Positions 42,427 to 54,556 of a stretch of 64,000 nucleotides of DNA are shown piece by piece. This DNA is from Paraspadella gotoi (lineage: Eukaryota > Animalia > Chaetognatha): assembly GCA_051294375.1 (NCBI GenBank), contig CM119263.1, positions 20,612,115-20,676,114 of the forward strand, written 5' to 3'. The notes beneath the pieces were generated by a model. It saw only the letters and a program-made list of their open reading frames with translations, did not search any database and was not told the origin of the DNA. Every line of letters begins with the position of its first letter. Positions within the stretch are counted from its first letter, which is position 1. The position numbers were made by a program, and so were the translations under genes.

Positions 42427-44029
42427 ATCTTGAGTAGTTTAGTACATGGACGGAATTAGTTTTAAATTAGACGGATAACTCAATTACGACGTTATATTCT
42501 TTGTATGTTGCTTGTGCTTCAATATATCTGGAGTTTCTGTTTCAAGATCAAACTAAACAAGAAAAGTTTTTAGGTACAGTATCGGTTTTGAAGAACCTGG
42601 AAAAGTCCAGGGAGGCCGTAACTTTTTTGTAAATGCTGGAAATCAGCTGAAAATCGAATACGGGTTAGACCTGAGGGTGGTTTATTCCCCATAAGAGTTT
42701 GAGCCACTTTGAAAAAAAAATAGTGCAGTGGCATTTTTTTGGACAAAAAATTAATTTGCATACTGTAAAAAAAATATGGTATTAAATACTCTCATATTAT
42801 GGTGATATAACCGGGAGGGGTTGCCTAAACCAGTGGTAAAACAAAATGATCAAATACAGCTTTGTTAAAACTCATTTGCATACAGTAGCAATATATTTTT
42901 TTATAATATCTTCTCCTTATGACAGAACTCATTGGGTGAATTTCTCTGCTTTCAAAATACGGTAAGACATGATTTCTTTTACGACAATCATTCTAATTAC
43001 AGTATCTGCCATAATTAAATTCATGGTAAGGGCAACTTTTAAAGATTAAATTGTTCGTCAGATCTATCGCGTTTTTTAGATATACTACTGCTTAGGCAAA
43101 ACAACAGCAGGCTATATTTTAAAACTTTTTTCCTTTAATTTCTACTATTTTTTTCTCTCTTGAACCTTCTCTCTGTCTCTCTTTCTCTCCCTTTCTCCTA
43201 CTTTTCTGTCCTCATATTTTTTCCTTTCAATAAAAGAAGGCGGTTTTTTTTAATTCGTCAACTCTCAGCTATTAAAACTATAAAATAAGTCAAAAACCGA
43301 GTTTTAGTTCAAATAAAACGCACCTCACAAATCCTCACAAATTAAAAGTAGGCTTAAAAATTTTTTTGCATCTTAAATATTAAATATTTTGCCCTAATTT
43401 TTTAGGTACCAGAAGCACCAACAATAAGGAATATTTGATTAGAATTGTTGACATTTTGAAGTATTTTCGTTTAACAAATTGTAATAAAATGTAAAAATGT
43501 AAGTTTTTGACTAGTCAATTTAAAAATTAATTCATAGGCAAACAATAGTTGATTAACATCAAATGAACCAACTCAGAGGTAAAGAAGATAAGGATCCGAA
43601 AGCCGGAGTAAAAAATTTTTCTTCAATAATTTTGGCATTCAAATCTCAATACAAAAGTCAAAATGGACAAAAATGGACATAATTTTTTTTATTAAAAGTA
43701 GCAAAAATGATATTGATTATTAATTAGAAAATGCAGCAGAGGTTTTCAATTTATCCGTAGTCTAACCAACTTTGTCTTAGAGTTAAAATTTAATCATTTT
43801 TGTTGGTAATATTTTAACAATTTTGAAAAAAAATGGTTTTTTTGCTAAATTCCTCGATAGAAATCACTGCCTTTCATATAACAAAAATAAAAAATATTAA
43901 AAGAAAAATTATGATATCTGAATTCCTTTATTTTTTTTCTCGAAACGTTATCATCTTCCGTTCCATTTCGTTCTTCTTTTTTCCGTTAATTCTTTAAGAA
44001 AAACTTTGCTCTTCGTTTTCCCATAGGCC

Positions 44030-44372
44030 TCCAGAGGGCATTGATCTCCAGGAATGCCCTTATATGTAATAGTGACAGTCCTGGGGGCGGCTGTCTGGTG
44101 GTCCTATCATCACAAATAGATTAAAGCTGTTTCCATTGCAGCGCCTCAGTGGCTCAGTGGACTAATGCACCATCCCAATGTGCGTCCCTGGTTCAAGCCC
44201 TGAGGTTGTCATGTATAAAGTGGGATGGACCGGGTAACCAAAGTTATGGATTACATGAATAATATTCATTGAACATGCTGTCTCGCTGTCGCGACGAGGT
44301 GATACTGCTGCGGGTGTGACGCCCTGTAAAACCAGCCTCTTCAGGGCAAATTATGATAAAACTATGATAAGT
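44030..44372 (+). mobile_element. tRNA-headed SINE family D (head about 44140-44206) with an internally deleted twister-like motif (44209-44258) and a structured upstream segment
   Basis: A-box TGGCTCAGTGG, B-box GGTTCAAGCCC, acceptor-like CCTCAG/CTGAGG, and tail ATTATGATAAAACTATGATAA. Confidence 0.7.
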
Positions 44373-44856
44373 AGAAACCAAAATACAAATTACAACGCGT
44401 GTTTAAGGCTGTAACGACACCAGAGAGCCATTTTTAACGGACCAAGAGGATCACGCCCTTACCCAAGAAGCGACGAGGGCGTGACCACCTCATTGCCAAA
44501 ACAGTGATGGTGACAAGAACGAGATTAATGGGCAGGGAAACCTTGAAAGCTCCTCGTCGCCCTGGAGCCCGGTTCGCAAATGGATGAAAGAATTCCGAGG
44601 TGCTGCCCTCGGGCGGAAAAGACAAAATAGCATCGCTCCACCGGGTTTGGCTACCCCCACCGCCAAAAGTTGGGCAGGGGACATCAATTAACAGTTTCTT
44701 ACTTTTGACAAGGTTTGACGTACGTATCTACGCACATCGGTGATACAAAAAAACCTAAATGATGATTCAGATGGTTCAGAGGTTATAGTTAACAAATCAA
44801 TTCTGTATCGAAAAGAACAAATTCGGTAACACTCTAATTTCTTTAACTACATGGTG

Positions 44857-46021
44857 ACAATTTTACAAGCGCCGGTAAAAAAACGCTCTCATTTGCAAAC
44901 CAGTGATTATTTCATTGATTTTAAAAATTAGTTGAGTAGAAAATATTAAAGTAATTTATATGTTCAAATTTTATATTGATCAGTAAAGTGAGTGGAGAAA
45001 GTTGGCTTGTAAAATCGGGTTTCATTTTCCAACTCACTTTTTTTAGATTCAATTTTTTTCTCTTACTTTCAATAAGTTTTTTGAAGAAATTTGAAATAAA
45101 ATAATATTAATATTATTATCTTCTGAAAGCCCTTTCAGATCTAAATAAAATGACATACTTACAAATGCTGTAGTATAAAATTTAACCGGCCTTGCTTTAA
45201 TTTAATTAGGATACTCAAAAATGAAACATCTTTCTAAAAATCAATAACTGGAGGGTAAATTTAAGATTTTTATCAAATTGTGATTGGCTATCTTAAATCT
45301 TCTTTTTTCAGGCTCTTTCATAATACTTATATAAACAATAATATTTTATGAAATTGGTACAACCAATATAAAAATTATCCATTCATTTAATAAATAAGCT
45401 ATCTTGCCCCTGACTTTGGACAGGCTTTGGTGGATTAAGGCCTCCATCACTCTTACAAGATAATGACATAACAGGTCCCTGCAAGCTTTCAATCAAGACT
45501 CTCTCACAGTCTCGTTTATTCACTCCCAGAGTACCTGGCTTCCCTATCAATGAAGTGGAAAATATTTCAAAGAATGTTTCAATTGTTTGAAAAGACCACT
45601 CCTTTAAATATATGTTATAATAATTTAAACAGGTCATATATTTTTTTTAAAAATTTAAAATTTTACATAATTCACTTTTAACTCTCCTAATTGAACCAAG
45701 GCTGGGCAGCTTAATTTTTATGTTAGAGCTTTCGTAAGTATATCATTCTTTAATTTTTTAAGGGCTTTCTGAGGATAGTAATATTGTTAATATTTTAATA
45801 AATACTTTGTTTAAAAAAGTGCTAAAAGTTAAAAAAAATTGAATTTAAAAACTGAGTAGGAAAATGAAACCCGATTTTGCAAGGCATATCTTAACTGATC
45901 AATATAAAATTTGAACAATTAAATTACTTTAATATTTTCTACTCAACTAATTTTTAAAATCAATAAAATAACCACTGGTTTGCAAATGACAGCGTTTTTT
46001 TACCGGCGCTTGTAAAATTGT
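44857..46021. mobile_element. Foldback/non-autonomous DNA transposon with long (~250-300 bp) imperfect TIRs, superfamily unassigned
   Basis: ACAATTTTACAAGCGCCGGTAAAAAAACGC... is inverted at 45900-46021. No TSD was resolved. Confidence 0.75.
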
Positions 46022-46926
46022 ATTACAGGTTCGGATTTAAAACTTACCCCCATAGGAAAAATTACTAATCCCCTCGATAATTTGTACTTAATGATATATC
46101 TGAAAAATTTAGTTTTAACAATTATTTCATTGGTCATTTTACTTCATGTTTAGCTCATGTCAGGTATTCATTTATGAAGTATACCTTCCATAGGACCCTT
46201 CCAAAGATGAGTAGACGATATGAAAAAGTCTTTACATTCTTGGTACCACTTCAATAATGGGCCGAGATTGATGTAATTCCGGTTACAAGTACTGTTGAGT
46301 GTTACATTTAATTCGCCCCATACTGCAATATCCAAATGAATTTAGAAACTGTATTATATGGGGCATAATGCCCTGAGGCCAAAATTCTGAGAAATTATAT
46401 TAAAGGAAATCTTTATACTAGTAATGAGGCGACTTACCACCGGTCAGTAACATAGTATATTATGCCATATAAATAACATAGATCGATGGTTTATAAGTCA
46501 TGGACCTAATCCCGGTAATTGTACGGTATTTTAAGTTAATGCAGCATACTGCAGCTTCAATTTTTTTTTTAAATATAAAATTTTAAAGTACAAACTGATT
46601 GATAGTGCTTGTTATACAATTTTGGCTTATGCTAGAAATTAGATTTTTTTTTGAGAAATCTCGATACCACCATAAATAAACCCACTAGGTTGATCATTGT
46701 AACTTTTGCAGGAATGAAAATATTTATATGTAGTTGATTTTTAACTATTTGGGCGCGGAGCAAACATGACTCATGGTTTTCGGTTGCTTCCCATACTAAT
46801 GTTTTTCGACATAGCAAAACTAAATACAATCCAAAAGATAGAAAAATCCTTAACGATTCTTCTGTTATAAAAATAAAACAATTTTGTAAAACAATCGTGC
46901 GTGGGGGAGGATCAATTAAGGGGGTG

Positions 46927-47157
46927 AAGAGACAGTAATTATTGTTATGTGTTAATGACAGAACCGTTCAATATAAGGAGTCCCTGAGCTTCGGATCAGG
47001 CTGTAACACCATGTTACAGGCGGGTTAAGGGCCCCGTCCCACTTAACTGCTAGGCGACCACCGGGCAAGAACCCCGGACCTTTGGGTTGGGAGGCGAATA
47101 CTTGCCTCCGGCACCAATGGCCGCTGATCAACGGTGGGTGGATTTTAGTCCACCATA
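46927..47157 (-). mobile_element. SINE family B copy 2
   Basis: tRNA-Gly-like head GCGGCCATTGGTGCCGGAGG...TCGCCTCCCAA...GGGGTTCTTGCCC...GGTCGC. Confidence 0.8.
46976..47051 (-). ncRNA. Candidate type-P5 twister ribozyme (family B, one P5 mismatch)
   Basis: AGCAGTT-AA-GTGG-GA-CGG-GGCCCT-TAA-CCC-GC-P3-CCTGA-TCCGAAGC-TCAGG-GACTCCT. Confidence 0.65.
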
Positions 47158-47270
47158 GGGGTAAGATTCAATTCCGAACTCTGTATGTACAACATTCTAT
47201 CCAAATTGTATTAAATCTGAAAAATATATTAACGTGGCATAAGTAGGATATTGCACAAAAAATTTAAATT

Positions 47271-47491
47271 GAAGAGACAGTAATTATTGATAAGTGTTAA
47301 TGACAGAACCGTTCAATATAAGCAGTCCCTGAGCTTCGGATCAGGCTGTAACACCATGTTACAGGCGGGTTAAGCGCCCCGTCCCTCTTAACTGCCAGAC
47401 GACCACCGGGCCAGAACCCCGGACCTTTGGGTTGGGAGGCGAATGACTTGCCTCCGGCTGATGAACGGTTGGTGGATCTTAGTCCACCATA
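47271..47491 (-). mobile_element. SINE family B copy 3
   Basis: Homologous to copy 2, with a small deletion in the tRNA head. Confidence 0.8.
47321..47396 (-). ncRNA. Candidate type-P5 twister ribozyme, best-preserved copy
   Basis: GGCAGUU AA GAGG GA CGG GGCGCU U^AA CCC GC CUGUAAC-AUGGU-GUUACAG CCUGA UCCGAAGC UCAGG GACUGCU. P3, P4, P5 and both pseudoknots pair. Confidence 0.72.
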
Positions 47492-47954
47492 AAATATACA
47501 TTTTTTCTTCATTCGATTGATTTAAACATCATTAATCTGGCAGTGTTAAGGATTAAATGTAATAAATTATTTAAGTGTAATTTTTCGAAATTAATATGTC
47601 GATTTTATATATTTAATTCTCAAACTCGTCCTCAATTCTATGATTTCATTAGTTATTATTTGGTTCTTAATTCTGATTGGACGAGACCTTTCTGATCCAA
47701 TTATTGGTAGTATTCTCAAAAGTCGAAAGTCGTTTTTAATTGGTCTATTTAAATTTTAAAGAAGTATAAAAGGGCAAGTAAATTTTAAACTTTTAGGAGA
47801 TTGCCCAGGAAACATTAGTAACTTTTTGAAATGAATTCTAATCATTGAAATTATTATTTTGTACAGCTTTGAGCTCTCTCTGTCAGTAGCTCATTCTTGT
47901 TACCCTGCTCTGATTATTTTATTATTAAAATCTCGTGATTTGGATTGATTCTTT

Positions 47955-48617
47955 TTTTTCGTCGGATCTGCTAAAAGCAGATCCCGATTCTATAATTCAC
48001 TTTGTCGGTCTGTCCCCTCAATCTTGTCGGGTATTCACTTACATCCTGTCAGAATATCGAATTATAATAAATTATGCAAAAAAAATGTCCTGTCCGTCTG
48101 TCCCACCTTAACAAAAAGCTCCAATAACTCGTGATTGGGTGGTTGGATTGGAATGAAATTTTGTGTGTGGGTAGGAAAGTTTGTGACGAAGCTTGATATA
48201 AAGTTTCGGTAGAAACGTGTGAGTGTAAATGAGTTTAAATGAAAAAAATATGAGTCACATTTACTTGAATCTTTTTACTTATTTTAACTCATAATTACTC
48301 GAATTAATCATAATTGAATTAATAGATTGAGATGAAATTTTGTGCGTGGGTAGGAAAGTGTGTGAAGAAGCTAGATAAAGTTGACGGAATTGTGCCAGTG
48401 GAAATTAGTTTAAATAGAAAAACATAAGTCACATTTACTTGAATCTTTATTATTTATGATTAGTAATAAATGTTTTAATAATATGAAAAAATAATGCGAG
48501 CTGAAAAAATGATGCGAGTTAAAAAAAATTTAAAAAATATTTTGATTTATCATCTATTAGCTGATTACTGCTTAATTATTCGTAGGCAGATCCGACATTG
48601 TTTGCTCAAACTTGTTG
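47955..48617 (+). mobile_element. HINE family 1, near-complete copy
   Basis: T-run, GTCGGATCTGC..GCAGATCCCGA, GTCC tract, two ~170-bp internal repeats, 3' GGCAGATCCGAC plus hairpin GTTTGCTCAAAC. Confidence 0.8.
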
Positions 48618-48824
48618 AGAGTGAAATGGCTTCGCCCAGTTAAATCTACAAAGTATAAATTAGGTTGGAGCTAAGTGCTCAAACAATGTTTTTAATACAA
48701 TTTCCTACAGGCAGTTTTTTTTTTAAATATGGGAGTTACGCCAACTGATTGACGTCAATTTGTAGTTACCTTTCTGCCTCATTACTGCTGTCAAGGATAT
48801 TCGACTAAAATTTTTAAAAACGCT

Positions 48825-49573
48825 TTTTTAGTCCGACTCTATAATTCACTTTGTCGGTCCCACCCCTAAATCTTGTCGGTAAATCATTTTTATAACATCA
48901 GATTATCATATGCTAAATTAATCAAAAAAACGATGTCCGTCCATCTGTCCGTTTGAAGGTCCGTCCTACCTTTTCATTAAACTCAAATTACTCTTGATCG
49001 GATGGATGGATTGGAATGAAATTTTTGTATGTGGTTAGGAAAGTGTATAATTGAGCTGGATATTAAATTTCGATGGAATCGTGCATGTGAAAATGAGTTT
49101 AAATAGAAAAAACCTAAGTCACGTTAACTTAAATCTTTTTACTAATTTTAACCCATAATTGCTCCAATTAATCATAATTAGATGGATAGATTAAGATTAA
49201 ATTTTGTGTGTAGGTAAGAAAGTATGTGATGAAGCTGGATATAAAGTTTAGATGGAATAGTGCGAGTGGAAATGAGTTTAAATGGAAAACTTATCAGTCA
49301 CTTTTTTAAAATCTTTTTAATACTTTTATCCCATAATTAATTGAATTAATAATAGTTGTATGGATAGATTGAGATTAAATTTTGTGTGTGGGTAGGAAAG
49401 TGTTTGATTGAGCATGATATAAAGTTTCGATGGAATCAAGGAGTAGAAATGAGTTTTCATTGAAAAAACTAAATTCAATTTGAAAAAATGATGTAATTTT
49501 AAAAAAATTTTATTTATTTATATACCGCTTAATAATTGTGGGCAGATCCGACATTGCTTGCTCAAAATTGTTC
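48825..49573 (+). mobile_element. HINE family 1 copy (5' inverted repeat deleted, three internal repeats)
   Basis: Homologous to 47955-48617. Confidence 0.75.
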
Positions 49574-49577
49574 TATC

Positions 49578-49810
49578 TAGGAAAAAAGTTTATAACATTA
49601 TTATTAAATAAAAAGTATATAAAATATAAATAAAACATTCTTAATATTTGGTATGCCCTTTTTCGTTATTGATTGCTGGCTGCAATAGTTTGGGCATGCT
49701 TTCATACAGCAAATTGAGGTATGACAATGAAATGTTTTTCCACATCTTTAAAGCAATTTTTTTCAGCCCTGATAATGATGCACATCTTTACCTCTTTTTT
49801 AAAAGGTATA
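49578..49810 (-). mobile_element. Tc1-family transposase 3' relic, copy 2
   Basis: Aligns with 26210-26450 (SMPKLLQ...). Confidence 0.6.
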
Positions 49811-50990
49811 ATAATACTTTTTTAAACCAAAAAGAAGTGCAAGGCCTTTAGCATTGCCAAATTAAAAAAAAATAATTAATTCTTTGAAATAAAAACAAAT
49901 AATTAAATACCAAAAATTAAAAAAAACTAAATATAATTTTTTTGCCATTTTTCATTTGAAGGAAGAATATTTTTTTGCATGTAACTTCTAAACGATTTGA
50001 CCTACAAAAAAAATGAAAGGAAGCTACTAAAAAAAATTCATTATAAATCCGGAAACATTCTAATTTTTTTTAAATCAAATAAATTTTTGAATAGATATCC
50101 TTTATTAAAAATGTTATATACTTTTTTCCTAGATAGTATATTCAAAATTTTTTTTTTAAAAAGTATTTTCCATACAGTAAATATTTCAAAAATCTTTGTT
50201 TTTTGGTATCAAATTCCCTATTATTTTTCGGCCAATAGAAAAATAAAAATTTCGTCGAATACTGCTAATCCCTAGCATAAGCGCAAATTATTAAGTAATT
50301 TTATCAGTATTATTAAATCCCTTTCAACTTCTAAAACTAAATACATATAATTCTTCTAGGCTGATCCTTTTAGATTTTCATGTTTATCCACCATTGTTTA
50401 GTCGCTTTCGTTTTGTTTCGTTTGAGATTAGCAAAGTTCTTAATTTTTTTTTTATTTTTAGGAAAATAAATCCGATACATGCTTCGGTTATCATCCAAAA
50501 TTTGGATGCTCTTTACTTTAGGCGCCATTATTACCTTGAAAGGAAAGCTTGAAAACAAAAATTCTATCGTTTTCAAATTTTGAAGGACATTTAGATTCAG
50601 AACAGCGCAATGAACATCAGCTGTTTATGTTAAAATAGCCGAGTCGACGGGAGAATGTGAAGATTAGTTGTCGGACTCGGGCTTGGGTAAAGGTCAATTA
50701 ACCTCGGGAAATTTTCCTCCCTCCGTCGTTCTCAGCTGCAGACGTGATGACAGATCATCATCATCTTGAATAACCGGACAATCTCATCGCGCTCGTTAGT
50801 TACATAGATCATCTCGAATCATTTGACGATCTTTTCGGAAGATAAACCCGTCGGATCGAAGTCCAGATGAATATATTTATTTCTTGTTTATTGTTGTGGT
50901 TGACCATCAAGTTGGATTGTAAAACGTAATCGGAATAATGGATTTTAGGATTTTAAGACAATACGTAAATGGAAAGTTTTTTGAATGCTC

Positions 50991-53900
50991 ATTTTTATCG
51001 AGCCTAACGGCGAAGCCGGTTCAGGCTCGATATTGTTTCGGGTGAGCTTCTTTATGACGTAGTTGTCGTCGTCCTTTGCATCACGTTTTTTTTCAATAAA
51101 AACTACGCTTTTATAGTTTTGGCTGGGACTTAGTTTTTTTAAAAATATAAATAACTATGAATTACGATGATTTTTTTTTATAAAAGTGTGCGATCATAGT
51201 AAGTTAAAAATTTAGATATGGCATCTCATTTGAAATATTTTTTAAATTTTAATATTACATTTGGGATTCAAGTATTTTTTGTTTGAATTTCCACTTCATT
51301 ATGATTTAATGAAATATGCAAATGAGATTATAGTACTCATTATAAGATCCAAATTAAGTATATATAATGCTTTAATCTAATTTACATATTGCAGTAAATA
51401 ATATTGAAGATAAAATTCTAAAAAAAATTTTGAATCAAAAAAAATATAAATCAAAAAACCTTTTTAATGAGAAGCTATATCTTAATTTTAATACAAATAG
51501 AAATAAAATCTTTTACAAGCTATGATTGGAATAAATTGTAACAATTTTCAATTGCAAACAATTTTAATTTTTTTTTCCTTTTATTTCTTTAAATTATATA
51601 TATTTTTTCCAATTTTTGTCAGTTGCTGCCTTTTCTGAAACCCTTAAAAACGAGTTCATGCTCTGCAGAGACTGTACAGCTGCCTTCCAGCGGCTGTCCA
51701 GCTTTCTCTTTCTCTCTCTGTCTGTCTTTCTTTTTCTCTTTCTGTCTCTCTCTGTACGATCTCTTACGTCATTGGTTTTTGAAAAAATTTTGATTTTTTT
51801 TCCTTTTAAAAACTATCGCCATTTATTCCGCGCTTTTTTTTTCAATGCAAAATCCGAGATTTTCGTGGATTTATTCTCTTTCTTCTCTCTTTCACTCATA
51901 CACGCATTTGTTTTTTTTATTTATGATGAATGATTTATTGCGTCAATGAATGACTATTATCGTATCAATGAATGACTATCATCGCATCAATCATTTGGTT
52001 ATTATCGCATCAATCATTTGGTTATCATCGCATCAATCCATTGGTTATCATCGCATCAATATTTGGTTATCATTTAAAGTAGGCTCGGATCCTATTCTTT
52101 TAAGATTTTATCGAGCCATGACCGGCGAAGCCGGTTCAGGCTCTATAATGTTTTAGGTTTGCTTCTTTGTGACGTCGTCGTCGTCGTCCGTCACGCTGTT
52201 TTATATAAAAACTACTACGCTTTTATAGGTTTGGCTGTTACTTACCGGTTTTTTTTAAAATAAAAATTAATTATGATTATGATAAAGTTTTACAAAAGTG
52301 TGCGATCATAGTTAAAAAATTTAGATATGGCTTCTCAACTTGAAATAGCTTTGATATTTTCTTATTACATTGGATTTATGTATTTTTTGTTTGAATTTCC
52401 ACTTCATTATGATTTACTGCATAATGCAAAGAGATTATAGTACTCATTTAATATCAAATTAGTATATAGAAATGCTTTAATCTAATTTAACATATTGCAG
52501 TATATAATATTGAAGATGAAATTCAAAAAAATTTTTTAATCTATAATAAAAATGGAACTCAAAAGAACTTTTTAATGAGAAGCTATATCTTAATTTTAAT
52601 ACAAATAAAAAATAAAATCTTTTACAAGCTGCGATTGGAAAAATTGGAAAAATTTCAATTGTAAACCATTGTAACATTTTTTGCCTTTCTTTTATTATTT
52701 GTTAATTATATATATATTTTTTTCAGGTGTTGCCTTTTCTGAATTGTTAAAAAACGAGTTCAGGGTCTCTCTGTCTCTCTCTGTGTGCGTCTCTCTCTCT
52801 GTACGATCTCATGCATGTTCGTTCGTTTTTTAAAAAATTCTGATTATTTTTTTCTTTTTAAAAACTTTTATTATCGCCATTTATTCCGCGCTTCTTTCTC
52901 AATACAAAATCCCAAATTTACATCTGAGATTTTCGTGGATTTTTTTGAGAAAATATGAAGAATATCTTACTTGACCTGGATTTCGTGGCCGTTGCAGGGC
53001 AACGAGTAAACAATGTCGAGGAACATGACCTAATAACGTGTTTTGATGGCAACGGAAACGTTACGTATATAAAAAAAATCAACTTGACCGAGAACACGCC
53101 GATATAAACGAGTGACCTAATATTGCGTATCGTTGGCGGGAAAACTTTTTCTCTCTCTCACTCTTTTTTAAAAAAAAAAAATGTATTCACTTTTTTTTTC
53201 ACCACCGTCACAAGGCGACAAGTAAACGAGTAAACGAGTTCCGGCTCTCTCTCTCTCTCTTTCTATCTTTCTCTCTATCTGTCTCTCTCTCTCTTTTTTT
53301 AAAAAAAAAAAAAATTTCTTAGTCACTTTTTTTTTCACCAGGCGGCGAGTAAACGAGTTCCGGCTCTGTTCAGCTTCTTTCTCTCTCTCTCTCTGTCTCT
53401 CTGTCTCTCTATGTACGATCGTTCGTTTTTTTGAAAAATTCTTATTATTTTTTTCCTTCTAAAAACTTTTATTATCACCATTTATTTTTTTTTCTCAATA
53501 CAAAATCCCAAATTTACATCCGAGATTTTTGTGGATTCATTTTAGAAAAAAGGAAAAATAACTTATAATGCAGGCAATGTCACATGTACATCAGCTTGCT
53601 ATATGTCCGGCAATTCCGCGGATTAATTTAATTGCATATATAATTTTTTAAAAAAATTTTTTTGTTTTTGTTTATTACTGTAACTTTGGACCGGTCGGCC
53701 CACTATTGGCAAATTATATCTAAAATAGGAGTTGAGAAGAGAGATTTAGTCAAATTAAACATTACTTTTTTTGTTATTCTAATAATTTTTACAATTTAAA
53801 TTTGTAAATTTTTTTTAGTGTATATATTTAATCATTTTTATCCTTTTTAAAATAATAATTTATTTGAGTTGGGATAAATATTTATAAATTAGTTAAATAT

Positions 53901-54259
53901 GCAAATATGAAATTCGACCTCGGTCTGGTTTCTTTCTTAAAAAAAAAGAATCTAAAATTTCATTCAAGATTAAAACTTTTTTAAGATGAGGACATAAAAT
54001 TTTCTTTGATAAGTAAAAAAAATATTAGAAAGGAAAAGAGTTCGTCCCTACTCAGATATGTCGAAAAGCGAGTTCAGCTCTGCAGCGGCGGTCAGCTTCT
54101 CTCTATCTTTCTCCTCTCTCTCTCTCTTTTTTTTCTTTCTATTTATTCCGCGCTTTTTTCTCAATACAAAATCCTAAATTTACATCCGAGATTTTTGTGG
54201 ATTTTTTTTCTAAAAATTCTGATTATTCTTTATATAAACGAGAGTAAAAACTGACCAGC

Positions 54260-54293
<34 letters not shown>

Positions 54294-54556
54294 TTCATTC
54301 ATACACGCATTTTTGTTTTATTTACGATGAATGATTCATCGCGTCAATAAATGACTATTATCATATCAATGAATGATTATCATCACATCAATGAATAACT
54401 ATCATCGCATCAATCATTTGATTATCATCACATCAGTTATTTTGTTATCATCGCATCAATTATTAGTTATCATCGCATCAATATTTGGTTATCATCGCAT
54501 CAATATTTGGTTACATCGAAAGCAGGCTCGATCCTTATGCTTTTAAGATTTTTTTT
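50991..54556 (+). mobile_element. Two head-to-tail copies of HINE-like family 2 (50991-52110 and 52106-54556)
   Basis: 5' TTTTATCGAGCC..CGGCGAAGCCG..GGCTCGAT, (GTC)n, 21-bp ATCATCGCATCAAT arrays, 3' AGGCTCGATCC..TTTTAAGATTT. The copies abut at a shared T-run. Confidence 0.7.

Noticed and set aside
44138-44208. Functional tRNA genes at the SINE heads (also about 17013, 47060 and 60480)
   Set aside because: The anticodon and D arms are degenerate, there is no oligo-T terminator, and each is fused to a repeat body.
44410-44717. Solo LTR (TGTAAC...CA)
   Set aside because: No clean TSD and no second copy in the window, so it cannot be supported.
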